This document shows, piece by piece, positions 52,901-64,000 of a DNA stretch of 64,000 nt. The notes under the pieces were generated by a model. That model did no database searches, was not told the DNA's origin, and worked only from the letters and a program-made list of their open reading frames with translations. This DNA comes from the human T2T-CHM13v2.0 reference genome, Homo sapiens. Position numbers and translations under genes: made by a program. Each line of letters opens with the position of its first letter. Position 1 is the first letter of the stretch. Location of the stretch: the NCBI RefSeq assembly GCF_009914755.1, contig NC_060929.1. The stretch is one strand, 5' to 3'.

Positions 52901-55900
52901 CAAAGGCAGAAAAGGAAATATCTTCGTATAAAAACTAGACAGAATCATTCTCAGAAACTGCTCTGCGATGTGTGCGTTCAACTCTCAGAGTTTAACTTTG
53001 CTTTTCATTCAGCAGTTTGGAAACACTCTGTTTGTAAAGTCTGCACGTGGATAATTTGACCACTTAGAGGCCTTCGTTGGAAACGGGTTTTTTTCATGTA
53101 AGGCTAGACAGAAGAATTCTCAGTAACTTCCTTGTGTTGTGTGTATTCAACTCACACAGTTGAACGATCCTTTACACAGAGCAGACTTGTAACACTCTTT
53201 TTGTGGAATTTGCAAGTGGAGATTTCAGCCGCTTTGAAGTCAAAGGTAGAAAAGGAAATATCTTCCTATAAAAACTAGACAGAATGATTCTCAGAAACTC
53301 CTTTGTGATGTGTGCTTTCAACTCACAGAGTTTAACCTTTCTTTTCATAGAGCAGTTAGGAAACACTCTGTTTGTAAAGTCTGCAAGTGGATATTCAGAC
53401 CTCTTTGAGGCCTTCGTTGGAAACGGGTTTTTTTCATATAAGGCTAGACAGAAGAATTCCCAGTAACTTCCTTGTGTTGTGTGTGTTCAACTCACAGAGT
53501 TGAACTTTCATTTACACAGAGCAGATTTGAAACACTCTTTTTGTGGAATTTGCAAATGGAGATTTCAAGCGCTTTGAGGCCAAAGGCAGAAAAGGAAATA
53601 TCTTCGTATAAAAACTAGACAGAATCATTCTCAGAAACTGCTCTGCGATGTGTGCGTTCAACTCTCAGAGTTTAACTTTGCTTTTCATTCAGCAGTTTGG
53701 AAACACTCTGTTTGTAAAGTCTGCACGTGGATAATTTGACCACTTAGAGGCCTTCGTTGGAAACGGGTTTTTTTCATGTAAGGCTAGACAGAAGAATTCT
53801 CAGTAACTTCCTTGTGTTGTGTGTATTCAACTCACACAGTTGAACGATCCTTTACACAGAGCAGACTTGTAACACTCTTTTTGTGGAATTTGCAAGTGGA
53901 GATTTCAGCCGCTTTGAACTCAAAGGTAGAAAAGGAAATATCTTCCTATAAAAACTAGACAGAATGATTCTCAGAAACTCCTTTGTGATGTGTGCTTTCA
54001 ACTCACAGAGTTTAACCTTTCTTTTCATAGAGCAGTTAGGAAACACTCTGTTTGTAAAGTCTGCAAGTGGATATTCAGACCTCTTTGAGGCCTTCGTTGG
54101 AAACGGGTTTTTTTCATATAAGGCTAGACAGAAGAATTCCCAGTAACTTCCTTGTGTTGTGTGTGTTCAACTCACAGAGTTGAACTTTCATTTACACAGA
54201 GCAGATTTGAAACACTCTTTTTGTGGAATTTGCAAATGGAGATTTCAAGCGCTTTGAGGCCAAAGGCAGGAAAGGAAATATCTTCGTATAAAAACTAGAC
54301 AGAATCATTCTCAGAAACTGCTCTGCGATGTGTGCGTTCAACTCTCAGAGTTTAACTTTGCTTTTCATTCAGCAGTTTGGAAACACTCTGTTTGTAAAGT
54401 CTGCACGTGGATAATTTGACCACTTAGAGGCCTTCGTTGGAAACGGGTTTTTTTCATGTAAGGCTAGACAGAAGAATTCTCAGTAACTTCCTTGTGTTGT
54501 GTGTATTCAACTCACAGAGTTGAACGATCCTTTACACAGAGCAGACTTGTAACACTCTTTTTGTGGAATTTGCAAGTGGAGATTTCAGCCGCTTTGAAGT
54601 CAAAGGTAGAAAAGGAAATATCTTCCTATAAAAACTAGACAGAATGATTCTCAGAAACTCCTTTGTGATGTGTGCGTTCAACTCACAGAGTTTAACCTTT
54701 CTTTTCATAGAGCAGTTAGGAAACACTCTGTTTGTAAAGTCTCCAAGTGGATATTCAGACCTCTTTGAGGCCTTCGTTGGAAACGGGTTTTTTTCATATA
54801 AGGCTAGACAGAAGAATTCCCAGTAACTTCCTTGTGTTGTGTGTGTTCAACTCACAGAGTTGAACTTTGATTTACACAGAGCAGATTTGAAACACTCTTT
54901 TTGTGGAATTTGCAAGTGGAGATTTCAAGCGCTTTGAGGCCAAAGGCAGAAAAGGAAATATCTTCGTATAAAAACTAGACAGAATCATTCTCAGAAACTG
55001 CTCTGCGATGTGTGCGTTCAACTCTCAGAGTTTAACTTTTCTTCTCATTCAGCAGTTTGGAAACACTCTGTTTGTAAAGTCTGCACGTGGATAATTTGAC
55101 CACTTAGAGGCCTTCGTTGGAAACGGGTTTTTTTCATGTAAGGCTAGACAGAAGAATTCTCAGTAACTTCCTTGTGTTGTGTGTATTCAACTCACACAGT
55201 TGAACGATCCTTTACACAGAGCAGACTTGTAACACTCTTTTTGTGGAATTTGCAAGTGGAGATTTCAGCCGCTTTGAAGTCAAAGGTAGAAAAGGAAATA
55301 TCTTCCTATAAAAACTAGACAGAATGATTCTCAGAAACTCCTTTGTGATGTGTGTGTTCAACTCACAGAGTTTAACCTTTCTTTTCATAGAGCAGTTAGG
55401 AATCAGTCTGTTTGTAAAGTCTGCAAGTGGATATTCAGACCTCTTTGAGGCCTTCGTTGGAAACGGGTTTTTTTCATATAAGGCTAGACAGAAGAATTCC
55501 CAGTAACTTCCTTGTGTTGTGTGTGTTCAACTCACAGAGTTGAACTTTCATTTACACAGAGCAGATTTGAAACACTCTTTTTGTGGAATTTGCAAATGGA
55601 GATTTCAAGCGCTTTGAGGCCAAAGGCAGAAAAGGAAATATCTTTGTATAAAAACTAGACAGAATCATTCTCAGAAACTGCTCTGCGATGTGTGCGTTCA
55701 ACTCTCAGAGTTTAACTTTGCTTTTCATTCAGCAGTTTGGAAACACTCTGTTTGTAAAGTCTGCACGTGGATAATTTGACCACTTAGAGGCCTTCGTTGG
55801 AAACGGGTTTTTTTCATGTAAGGCTAGACAGAAGAATTCTCAGTAACTTCCTTGTGTTGTGTGTATTCAACTCACAGAGTTGAACGATCCTTTACACAGA

Positions 55901-56513
55901 GCAGACTTGTAACACTCTTTTTGTGGAATTTGCAAGTGGAGATTTCAGCCGCTTTGAAGTCAAAGGTAGAAAAGGAAATATCTTCCTATAAAAACTAGAC
56001 AGAATGATTCTCAGAAACTCCTTTGTGATGTGTGCGTTCAACTCACAGAGTTTAACCTTTCTTTTCATAGAGCAGTTAGGAAACACTCTGTTTGTAAAGT
56101 CTCCAAGTGGATATTCAGACCTCTTTGAGGCCTTCGTTGGAAACGGGTTTTATTCATATAAGGCTAGACAGAAGAATTCCCAGTAACTTCCTTGTGTTGT
56201 GTGTGTTCAACTCACAGAGTTGAACTTTGATTTACACAGAGCAGATTTGAAACACTCTTTTTGTGGAATTTGCAAGTGGAGATTTCAAGCGCTTTGAGGC
56301 CAAAGGCAGAAAAGGAAATATCTTCGTATAAAAACTAGACAGAATCATTCTCAGAAACTGCTCTGCGATGTGTGCGTTCAACTCTCAGAGTTTAACTTTT
56401 CTTTTCATTCAGCAGTTTGGAAACACTCTGTTTGTAAAGTCTGCACGTGGATATTTTGACCACTTAGAGGCCTTCGTTGGAAACGGGTTTTTTTCCTGTA
56501 AGGCTAGACAGAA
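46995..56513 (+). repeat. Two 28-mer HOR variants (4760 and 4759 bp), each with five consecutive 680-bp units
   Basis: Marker ORFs at 47053, 51813, 56572. 680-bp runs at 48355-51754 and 53114-56513. An extra A in TATAAAAAACTAG near 47490 explains the +1 bp. Confidence 0.9.
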
Positions 56514-59500
56514 GAATTCCCAGTAACTTCCTTGTGTTGTGTACATTCAACTCACAGAGTTGAACGTTCCCTTAGACAGAGCAGATTTGAAACACTCTTT
56601 TTGTGCAATTGGCAAGTGGAGATTTCAAGCGCTTTAAGGTCAATGGCAGAAAAGGAAATATCTTCGTTTCAAAACTAGACAGAATCATTCCCACAAACTG
56701 CGTTGTGATGTGTTCGTTCATCTCACAGAGTTTAACCTTTCTTTTCGTAGAGCAGTTAGGAAACAGTCTGTTTGTAAATTCTGTAAGTGGATATTCTGAC
56801 ATCTTGTGGCCTTCGTTGGAAACGGGATTTCTTCATATTCTGCTAGACAGAAGAATTCTCAGAATCTTCCTTGTGTTGTGTGTATTCAACTCACACAGTT
56901 GAACGATTGTTTACACAGAGCAGATTTGAAACACTCTTTCTGTGGAATTTGCAAGTGGAGATTTCAGCCGCTTTGAGGTCCATGGTAGAAAAGGAAATAT
57001 CTTCGTATAACAACTAGACAGAATGATTCTCAGAAACTTCTTTGTGATGTGTGCGTTCAACTCACAGAGTTTAACCTTTCTTTTCATGGAGCAGTTAGGA
57101 AACACTCTGTTTGTAAACTCTGCAAGTGGATATTCAGACCTCTTTGAGGCCTTCGTTGGAAACGGGATTTCTTCATACTGTGCTAGACAGAAGAATTCTC
57201 AGTAACTTCCTTGTGTTGTGTGTATTCAACTCACAGAGTTGAACGATCCTTTACACAGAGCGGACTTGAAACACTCTTTTTGTGGAATTTGCAAGTGGAG
57301 ATTTCAGCCGCGTTGAGGTCAATGGTAGAAAAGGAAATATCTTCGTATAAAAACTAGACAGAATGATTCTCAGAAACTCCTTTGTGATGTGTGTGTTCAA
57401 CTCACAGAGTTTAACATTTCTTTTCATAGAGCAGTTAGGAAACACTCTGTTTGTAAAGTCTGCAAGTGGATATTCAGACCTCTTTGAGGCCTTCGTTGGA
57501 AACGGGTTTTTTTCATATAAGGCTAGACAGAAGAATTCCCAGTAACTTCCTTGTGTTGTGTGTGTTCAACTCACAGAGTTGAACTTTCATTTACACAGAG
57601 CAGATTTGAAACACTCTTTTTGTGGAATTTGCAAGTGGAGATTTCAAGCGCTTTGAGGCCAAAGGCAGAAAAGGAAATATCTTCGTATAAAAACTAGACA
57701 GAATCATTCTCAGAAACTGCTCTGCGATGTGTGCGTTCAACTCTCAGAGTTTAACTTTTCTTTTCATTCAGCAGTTTGGAAACACTCTGTTTGTAAAGTC
57801 TGCACGTGGATAATTTGACCACTTAGAGGCCTTCGTTGGAAACGGGTTTTTTTCATGTAAGGCTAGACAGAAGAATTCTCAGTAACTTCCTTGTGTTGTG
57901 TGTATTCAACTCACAGAGTTGAACGATCCTTTACACAGAGCAGACTTGTAACACTCTTTTTGTGGAATTTGCAAGTGGAGATTTCAGCCGCTTTCAAGTC
58001 AAAGGTAGAAAAGGAAATATCTTCCTATAAAAACTAGACAGAATGATTCTCAGAAACTCCTTTGTGATGTGTGCGTTCAACTCACAGAGTTTAACCTTTC
58101 TTTTCATAGAGCAGTTAGGAAACACTCTGCTTGTAAAGTCTTCAAGTGGATATTCAGCCCTCTTTGAGGCCTTCGTTGGAAACGGGTTTTTTTCATATAA
58201 GGCTAGACAGAAGAATTCCCAGTAACTTCCTTGTGTTGTGTGTGTTCAACTCACAGAGTTGAACTTTGATTTACACAGAGCAGATTTGAAACACTCTTTT
58301 TGTGGAATTTGCAAGTGGAGATTTCAAGCGCTTTGAGGCCAAAGGCAGAAAAGGAAATATCTTCGTATAAAAACTAGACAGAATCATTCTCAGAAACTGC
58401 TCTGCGATGTGTGCGTTCAACTCTCAGAGTTTAACTTTTCTTTTCATTCAGCAGTTTGGAAACACTCTGTTTGTAAAGTCTGCACGTGGATATTTTGACC
58501 ACTTAGAGGCCTTCGTTGGAAACGGGTTTTTTTCCTGTAAGGCTAGACAGAAGAATTCCCAGTAACTTCCTTGTGTTGTGTACATTCAACTCACAGAGTT
58601 GAACGTTCCCTTAGACAGAGCAGATTTGGAACACTCTTTTTGTGCAATTGGCAAGTGGAGATTTCAAGCGCTTTGAGGTCAATGGCAGAAAAGGAAATAT
58701 CTTCGTTTCAAAACTAGACAGAATCATTCCCACAAACTGCGTTGTGATGTGTTCGTTCAACTCACAGAGTTTAACCTTTCTTTTCATAGAGCAGTTAGGA
58801 AACAGTCTGTTTGAAAATTCTGTAAGTGGATATTCTGACATCTTGTGGCCTTCGTTGGAAACGGGATTTCTTCATATTCTGCTAGACAGAAGAATTCTCA
58901 GAATCTTCCTTGTGTTGTGTGTATTCAACTCACAGAGTTGAACGATGGTTTACACAGAGCAGATTTGAAACACTCATTTGGTGGAATTTGCAAGTGGAGA
59001 TTTCAGCCGCTTTGAGGTCAATGGTAGAAAAGGAAATATCTTCGTATAACAACTAGACAGAATGATTCTCAGAAACTTCTTTGTGATGTGTGTGTTCAAC
59101 TCACAGAGTTTAACCTTTCTTTTCATAGAGCAGTTAGGAAACACTGTGTTTTTAAACTCTGCAAGTGGATATTCAGACCTCTTTGAGGCCTTCCTTGGAA
59201 ACGGGTTTCTTCATACTGTGCTAGACAGAAGAATTCTCAGTAACTTCCTTGTGTTGTGTGTATTCAACTCACAGAGTTGAACGATCCTTTACACAGAGCC
59301 GACTTGAAACACTCTTTTTGTGGAATTTGCAAGTGGAGATTTCAGCCGCGTTGAGGTCAATGGTAGAAAAGGAAATATCTTCGTATAAAAACTAGACAGA
59401 ATGATTCTCAGAAACTGCTTTGTGATGTGTGTGTTCAACTCACAGAGTTTAACATTTCTTTTCATAGAGCAGTTAGGAAACACTCTGTTTGTAAAGTCTG

Positions 59501-60590
59501 CAAGTGGATATTCAGACCTCTTTGAGGCCTTCGTTGGAAACGGGTTTTTTTCATATAAGGCTAGACAGAAGAATTCCCAGTAACTTCCTTGTGTTGTGTG
59601 TGTTCAACTCACAGAGTTGAACTTTCATTTACACAGAGCAGATTTGAAACACTCTTTTTGTGGAATTTGCAAGTGGAGATTTCAAGCGCTTTGAGGCCAA
59701 AGGCAGAAAAGGAAATATCTTCGTATAAAAACTAGACAGAATCATTCTCAGAAACTGCTCTGCGATGTGTGCGTTCAACTCTCAGAGTTTAACTTTTCTT
59801 TTCATTCAGCAGTTTGGAAACACTCTGTTTGTAAAGTCTGCACGTGGATAATTTGACCACTTAGAGGCCTTCGTTGGAAACGGGTTTTTTTCATGTAAGG
59901 CTAGACAGAAGAATTCTCAGTAACTTCCTTGTGTTGTGTGTATTCAACTCACAGAGTTGAACGATCCTTTACACAGAGCAGACTTGTAACACTCTTTTTG
60001 TGGAATTTGCAAGTGGAGATTTCAGCCGCTTTGAAGTCAAAGGTAGAAAAGGAAATATCTTCCTATAAAAACTAGACAGAATGATTCTCAGAAACTCCTT
60101 TGTGATGTGTGCGTTCAACTCACAGAGTTTAACCTTTCTTTTCATAGAGCAGTTAGGAAACACTCTGCTTGTAAAGTCTGCAAGTGGATATTCAGCCCTC
60201 TTTGAGGCCTTCGTTGGAAACGGGTTTTTTTCATATAAGGCTAGACAGAAGAATTCCCAGTAACTTCTTTGTGTTGTGTGTGTTCAACTCACAGAGTTGA
60301 ACTTTGATTTACACAGAGCAGATTTGAAACACTCTTTTTGTGGAATTTGCAAGTGGAGATTTCAAGCGCTTTGAGGCCAAAGGCAGAAAAGGAAATATCT
60401 TCGTATAAAAACTAGACAGAATCATTCTCAGAAACTGCTCTGCGATGTGTGCGTTCAACTCTCAGAGTTTAACTTTTCTTTTCATTCAGCAGTTTGGAAA
60501 CACTCTGTTTGTAAAGTCTGCACGTGGATATTTTGACCACTTAGAGGCCTTCGTTGGAAACGGGTTTTTTTCCTGTAAGGCTAGACAGAA
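56514..60590 (+). repeat. Two 12-mer HORs (2039, 2038 bp)
   Basis: Marker ORFs at 56572, 58611, 60649. Confidence 0.92.
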
Positions 60591-63308
60591 GAATTCCCAG
60601 TAACTTCCTTGTGTTGTGTACATTCAACTCACAGAGTTGAACGTTTCCTTAGACAGAGCAGATTTGAAACACTCTTTTTGTGCAATTGGCAAGTGGAGAT
60701 TTCAAGCGCTTTAAGGTCAATGGCAGAAAAGGAAATATCTTCGTTTCAAAACTAGACAGAATCATTCCCACAAACTGCGTTGTGATGTGTTCGTTCATCT
60801 CACAGAGTTTAACCTTTCTTTTCATAGAGCAGTTAGGAAACAGTCTGTTTGTAAATTCTGTAAGTGGATATTCTGACATCTTGTGGCCTTCGTTGGAAAC
60901 GGGATTTCTTCATATTCTGCTAGACAGAAGAATTCTCAGAATCTTCCTTGTGTTGTGTGTATTCAACTCACAGAGTTGAACGATGGTTTACACAGAGCAG
61001 ATTTGAAACACTCTTTTTGTGGAATTTGCAAGTGGAGATTTCAGCCGCTTTGAGGTCCATGGTAGAAAAGGAAATATCTTCGTATAAAAACTAGACAGAA
61101 TGATTCTCAGAAACTTCTTTGTGATGTGTGCGTTCAACTCACAGAGCTTAACCTTTCTTTTCATAGAGCAGTTAGGAAACACTCTGTTTGTAAACTCTGC
61201 AAGTGGATATTCAGACCTCTTTGAGGCCTTCGTTGGAAACGGGATTTCTTCATACTGTGCTAGACAGAAGAATTCTCAGTAACTTCCTTGTGTTGTGTGT
61301 ATTCAACTCACAGAGTTGACCGATCCTTTACACAGAGCAGACTTGTAACACTCTTTTTGTGGAATTTGCAAGTGGAGATTTCAGCCGCTTTGAAGTCAAA
61401 GGTAGAAAAGGGAATATCTTCCTATAAAAAGTAGACAGAATGATTCTCAGAAACTCCTTTGTGATGTGTGCGTTCAACTCACAGAGTTTAACCTTTCTTT
61501 TCATAGAGCAGTTAGGAAACACTCTGTTTCTAAAGTCTGCAAGTGGATATTCAGACCTCTTTGAGGCCTTCGTTGGAAACGGGTTTTTTTCATATAAGGC
61601 TAGACAGAAGAATTCCCAGTAACTTCCTTGTGTTGTGTGTGTTCAACTCACAGAGTTGAACTTTCATTTACACAGAGCAGATTTGAAACACTCTTTTTGT
61701 GGAATTTGCAAGTGGAGATTTCAAGCGCTTTGAGGCCAAAGGCAGAAAAGGAAATATCTTCGTATAAAAACTCGACAGAATCATTCTCAGAAACTGCTCT
61801 ACGATGTGTGCGTTCAACTCTCAGAGTTTAACTTTTCTTCTCATTCAGCAGTTTGGAAACACTCTGTTTGTAAAGTCTGCACGTGGATAATTTGACCACT
61901 TAGAGGCCTTCGTTGGAAACGGGTTTTTTTCATGTAAGGCTAGACAGAGGAATTCTCAGTAACTTCCTTGTGTTGTGTGTATTCAACTCACAGAGTTGAA
62001 CGATCCTTTACACAGAGCAGACTTGTAACACTCTTTTTGTGGAATTTGCAAGTGGAGATTTCAGCCGCTTTGAAGTCAAAGGTAGAAAAGGAAATATCTT
62101 CCTATAAAAACTAGACAGAATGATTCTCAGAAACTCCTTTGTGATGTGTGTGTTCAACTCACAGAGTTTAACCTTTCTTTTCATAGAGCAGTTAGGAATC
62201 ACTCTGTTTGTAAAGTCTGCAAGTGGATATTCAGACCTCTTTGAGGCCTTCGTTGGAAACGGGTTTTTTTCATATAAGGCTAGACAGAAGAATTCCCAGT
62301 AACTTCCTTGTGTTGTGTGTGTTCAACTCACAGAGTTGAACTTTCATTTACACAGAGCAGATTTGAAACACTCTTTTTGTGGAATTTGCAAATGGAGATT
62401 TCAAGCGCTTTGAGGCCAAAGGCAGAAAAGGAAATATCTTCGTATAAAAACTAGACAGAATCATTCTCAGAAACTGCTCTGCGATGTGTGCGTTCAACTC
62501 TCAGAGTTTAACTTTGCTTTTCATTCAGCAGTTTGGAAACACTCTGTTTGTAAAGTCTGCACGTGGATAATTTGACCACTTAGAGGCCTTCGTTGGAAAC
62601 GGGTTTTTTTCATGTAAGGCTAGACAGAAGAATTCTCAGAATCTTCCTTGTGTTGTGTGTATTCAACTCACACAGTTGAACGATCCTTTACACAGAGCAG
62701 ACTTGTAACACTCTTTTTGTGGAATTTGCAAGTGGAGATTTCAGCCGCTTTGAAGTCAAAGTAGAAAAGGAAATATCTTCCTATAAAAACTAGACAGAAT
62801 GATTCTCAGAAACTCCTTTGTGATGTGTGCGTTCAACTCACAGAGTTTAACCTTTCTTTTCATAGAGCAGTTAGGAAACACTCTGTTTGTAAAGTCTCCA
62901 AGTGGATATTCAGACCTCTTTGAGGCCTTCGTTGGAAACGGGTTTTTTTCATATAAGGCTAGACAGAAGAATTCCCAGTAACTTCCTTGTGTTGTGTGTG
63001 TTCAACTCACAGAGTTGAACTTTGATTTACACAGAGCAGATTTGAAACACTCTTTTTGTGGAATTTGCAAGTGGAGATTTCAAGCGCTTTGAGGCCAAAG
63101 GCAGAAAAGGAAATATCTTCGTATAAAAACTAGACAGAATCATTCTCAGAAACTGCTCTGCGATGTGTGCGTTCAACTCTCAGAGTTTAACTTTTCTTTT
63201 CATTCAGCAGTTTGGAAACACTCTGTTTGTAAAGTCTGCACGTGGATATTTTGACCACTTAGAGGCCTTCGTTGGAAACGGGTTTTTTTCCTGTAAGGCT
63301 AGACAGAA
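60591..63308 (+). repeat. Atypical 16-mer HOR variant (2718 bp; R-S-P-Q-P-Q-P-Q', lacking dimer T)
   Basis: Marker spacing 60649 to 63367. The dimer after S (61270) has the P diagnostics GACTTGTAA and GAAGTCAAAGGT. There is a 1-bp deletion (GTCAAAGTAG) near 62760. Confidence 0.85.
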
Positions 63309-64000
63309 GAATTCCCAGTAACTTCCTTGTGTTGTGTACATTCAACTCACAGAGTTGAACGTTCCCTTAGACAGAGCAGATTTGAAACACTCTTTTTGTG
63401 CAATTGGCAAGTGGAGATTTCAAGCGCTTTAAGGTCAATGGCAGAAAAGGAAATATCTTCGTTTCAAAACTAGACAGAATCATTCCCACAAACTGCGTTG
63501 TGATGTGTTCGTTCATCTCACAGAGTTTAACCTTTCTTTTCGTAGAGCAGTTAGGAAACAGTCTGTTTGTAAATTCTGTAAGTGGATATTCTGACATCTT
63601 GTGGCCTTCGTTGGAAACGGGATTTCTTCATATTCTGCTAGACAGAAGAATTCTCAGAATCTTCCTTGTGTTGTGTGTATTCAACTCACACAGTTGAACG
63701 ATTGTTTACACAGAGCAGATTTGAAACACTCTTTCTGTGGAATTTGCAAGTGGAGATTTCAGCCGCTTTGAGGTCTATGGTAGAAAAGGAAATATCTTCG
63801 TATAAAAACTAGACAGAATGATTCTCAGAAACTTCTTTGTGATGTGTGCGTTCAACTCACAGAGTTTAACCTTTCTTTTCATGGAGCAGTTAGGAAACAC
63901 TCTGTTTGTAAACTCTGCAAGTGGATATTCAGACCTCTTTGAGGCCTTCGTTGGAAACGGGATTTCTTCATACTGTGTAGACAGAAGAATTCTCAGTAAC

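Larger units (their letters stand above)
1..64000 (+). repeat. Centromeric alpha-satellite higher-order repeat array, SF1 dimeric (J1/J2) type; probably the chr1/5/19 D1Z7/D5Z2/D19Z3 family
   Basis: ~170-bp monomers beginning (C/G/A)ATTCTCAGAAACT or ATTC(T/C)CAGTAACT repeat head-to-tail over the whole window. GAATTC recurs every 339-341 bp (97, 437, 777, ...). CENP-B-box monomers alternate with GGYAGAAAAGGAAATATCT A-type monomers. Alpha-satellite identity is near certain; the chromosome family assignment is from recall (~0.75). Confidence 0.99.

Noticed and set aside
155-63697. Many 60-111 aa ORFs on both strands (MILRNSF..., MFPNCSM..., MSEYPL..., MQLASG...)
   Set aside because: They are translations of the satellite itself: they recur with the repeat period, overlap on opposite strands, often begin at non-ATG codons, and appear or vanish with single SNPs. 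There are no recognisable domains. I used them only as positional markers.
1-64000. CRISPR-like or prokaryotic repeat/defence system
   Set aside because: There are no unique spacers (the sequence between conserved motifs is itself repeated) and no cas or other genes. The motifs match alpha satellite.
1-64000. Inversion, L1/Alu insertion or array boundary
   Set aside because: On reading through, all monomers are in one orientation, the marker spacings are fully explained by dimer multiples, and I saw no non-satellite sequence.

Overview
The whole 64 kb window is primate (human-type) centromeric alpha-satellite DNA. It is an uninterrupted, single-orientation tandem array of ~170-bp monomers arranged as A/B dimers (~340 bp, EcoRI GAATTC once per dimer), with a CENP-B box in every second monomer. 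This is the suprachromosomal family 1 (J1/J2) pattern. From recall, the monomer sequences best fit the D1Z7/D5Z2/D19Z3 (S1C1/5/19H1L) live array; I did not verify this by a search. I see no genes, RNA genes, transposons or CRISPR arrays. All ORFs in the track are chance satellite translations. I found no evidence of a new protein-coding system. The interesting signal is array architecture: a modal 2039-bp 12-mer higher-order repeat (HOR; dimers labelled here R-S-T-Q-P-Q') whose length changes in 680-bp steps (8, 12, 16, 20, 24, 28-mers) plus a hybrid 10-mer. On top of that sit nested near-identical multi-kb duplications (offsets 4418, 8157, 9515, 6116, 2039, 8839, 29227 bp), short apparent gene-conversion patches, and a small set of broken CENP-B boxes spread by those duplications. 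SNP observations were made by eye and may be incomplete.
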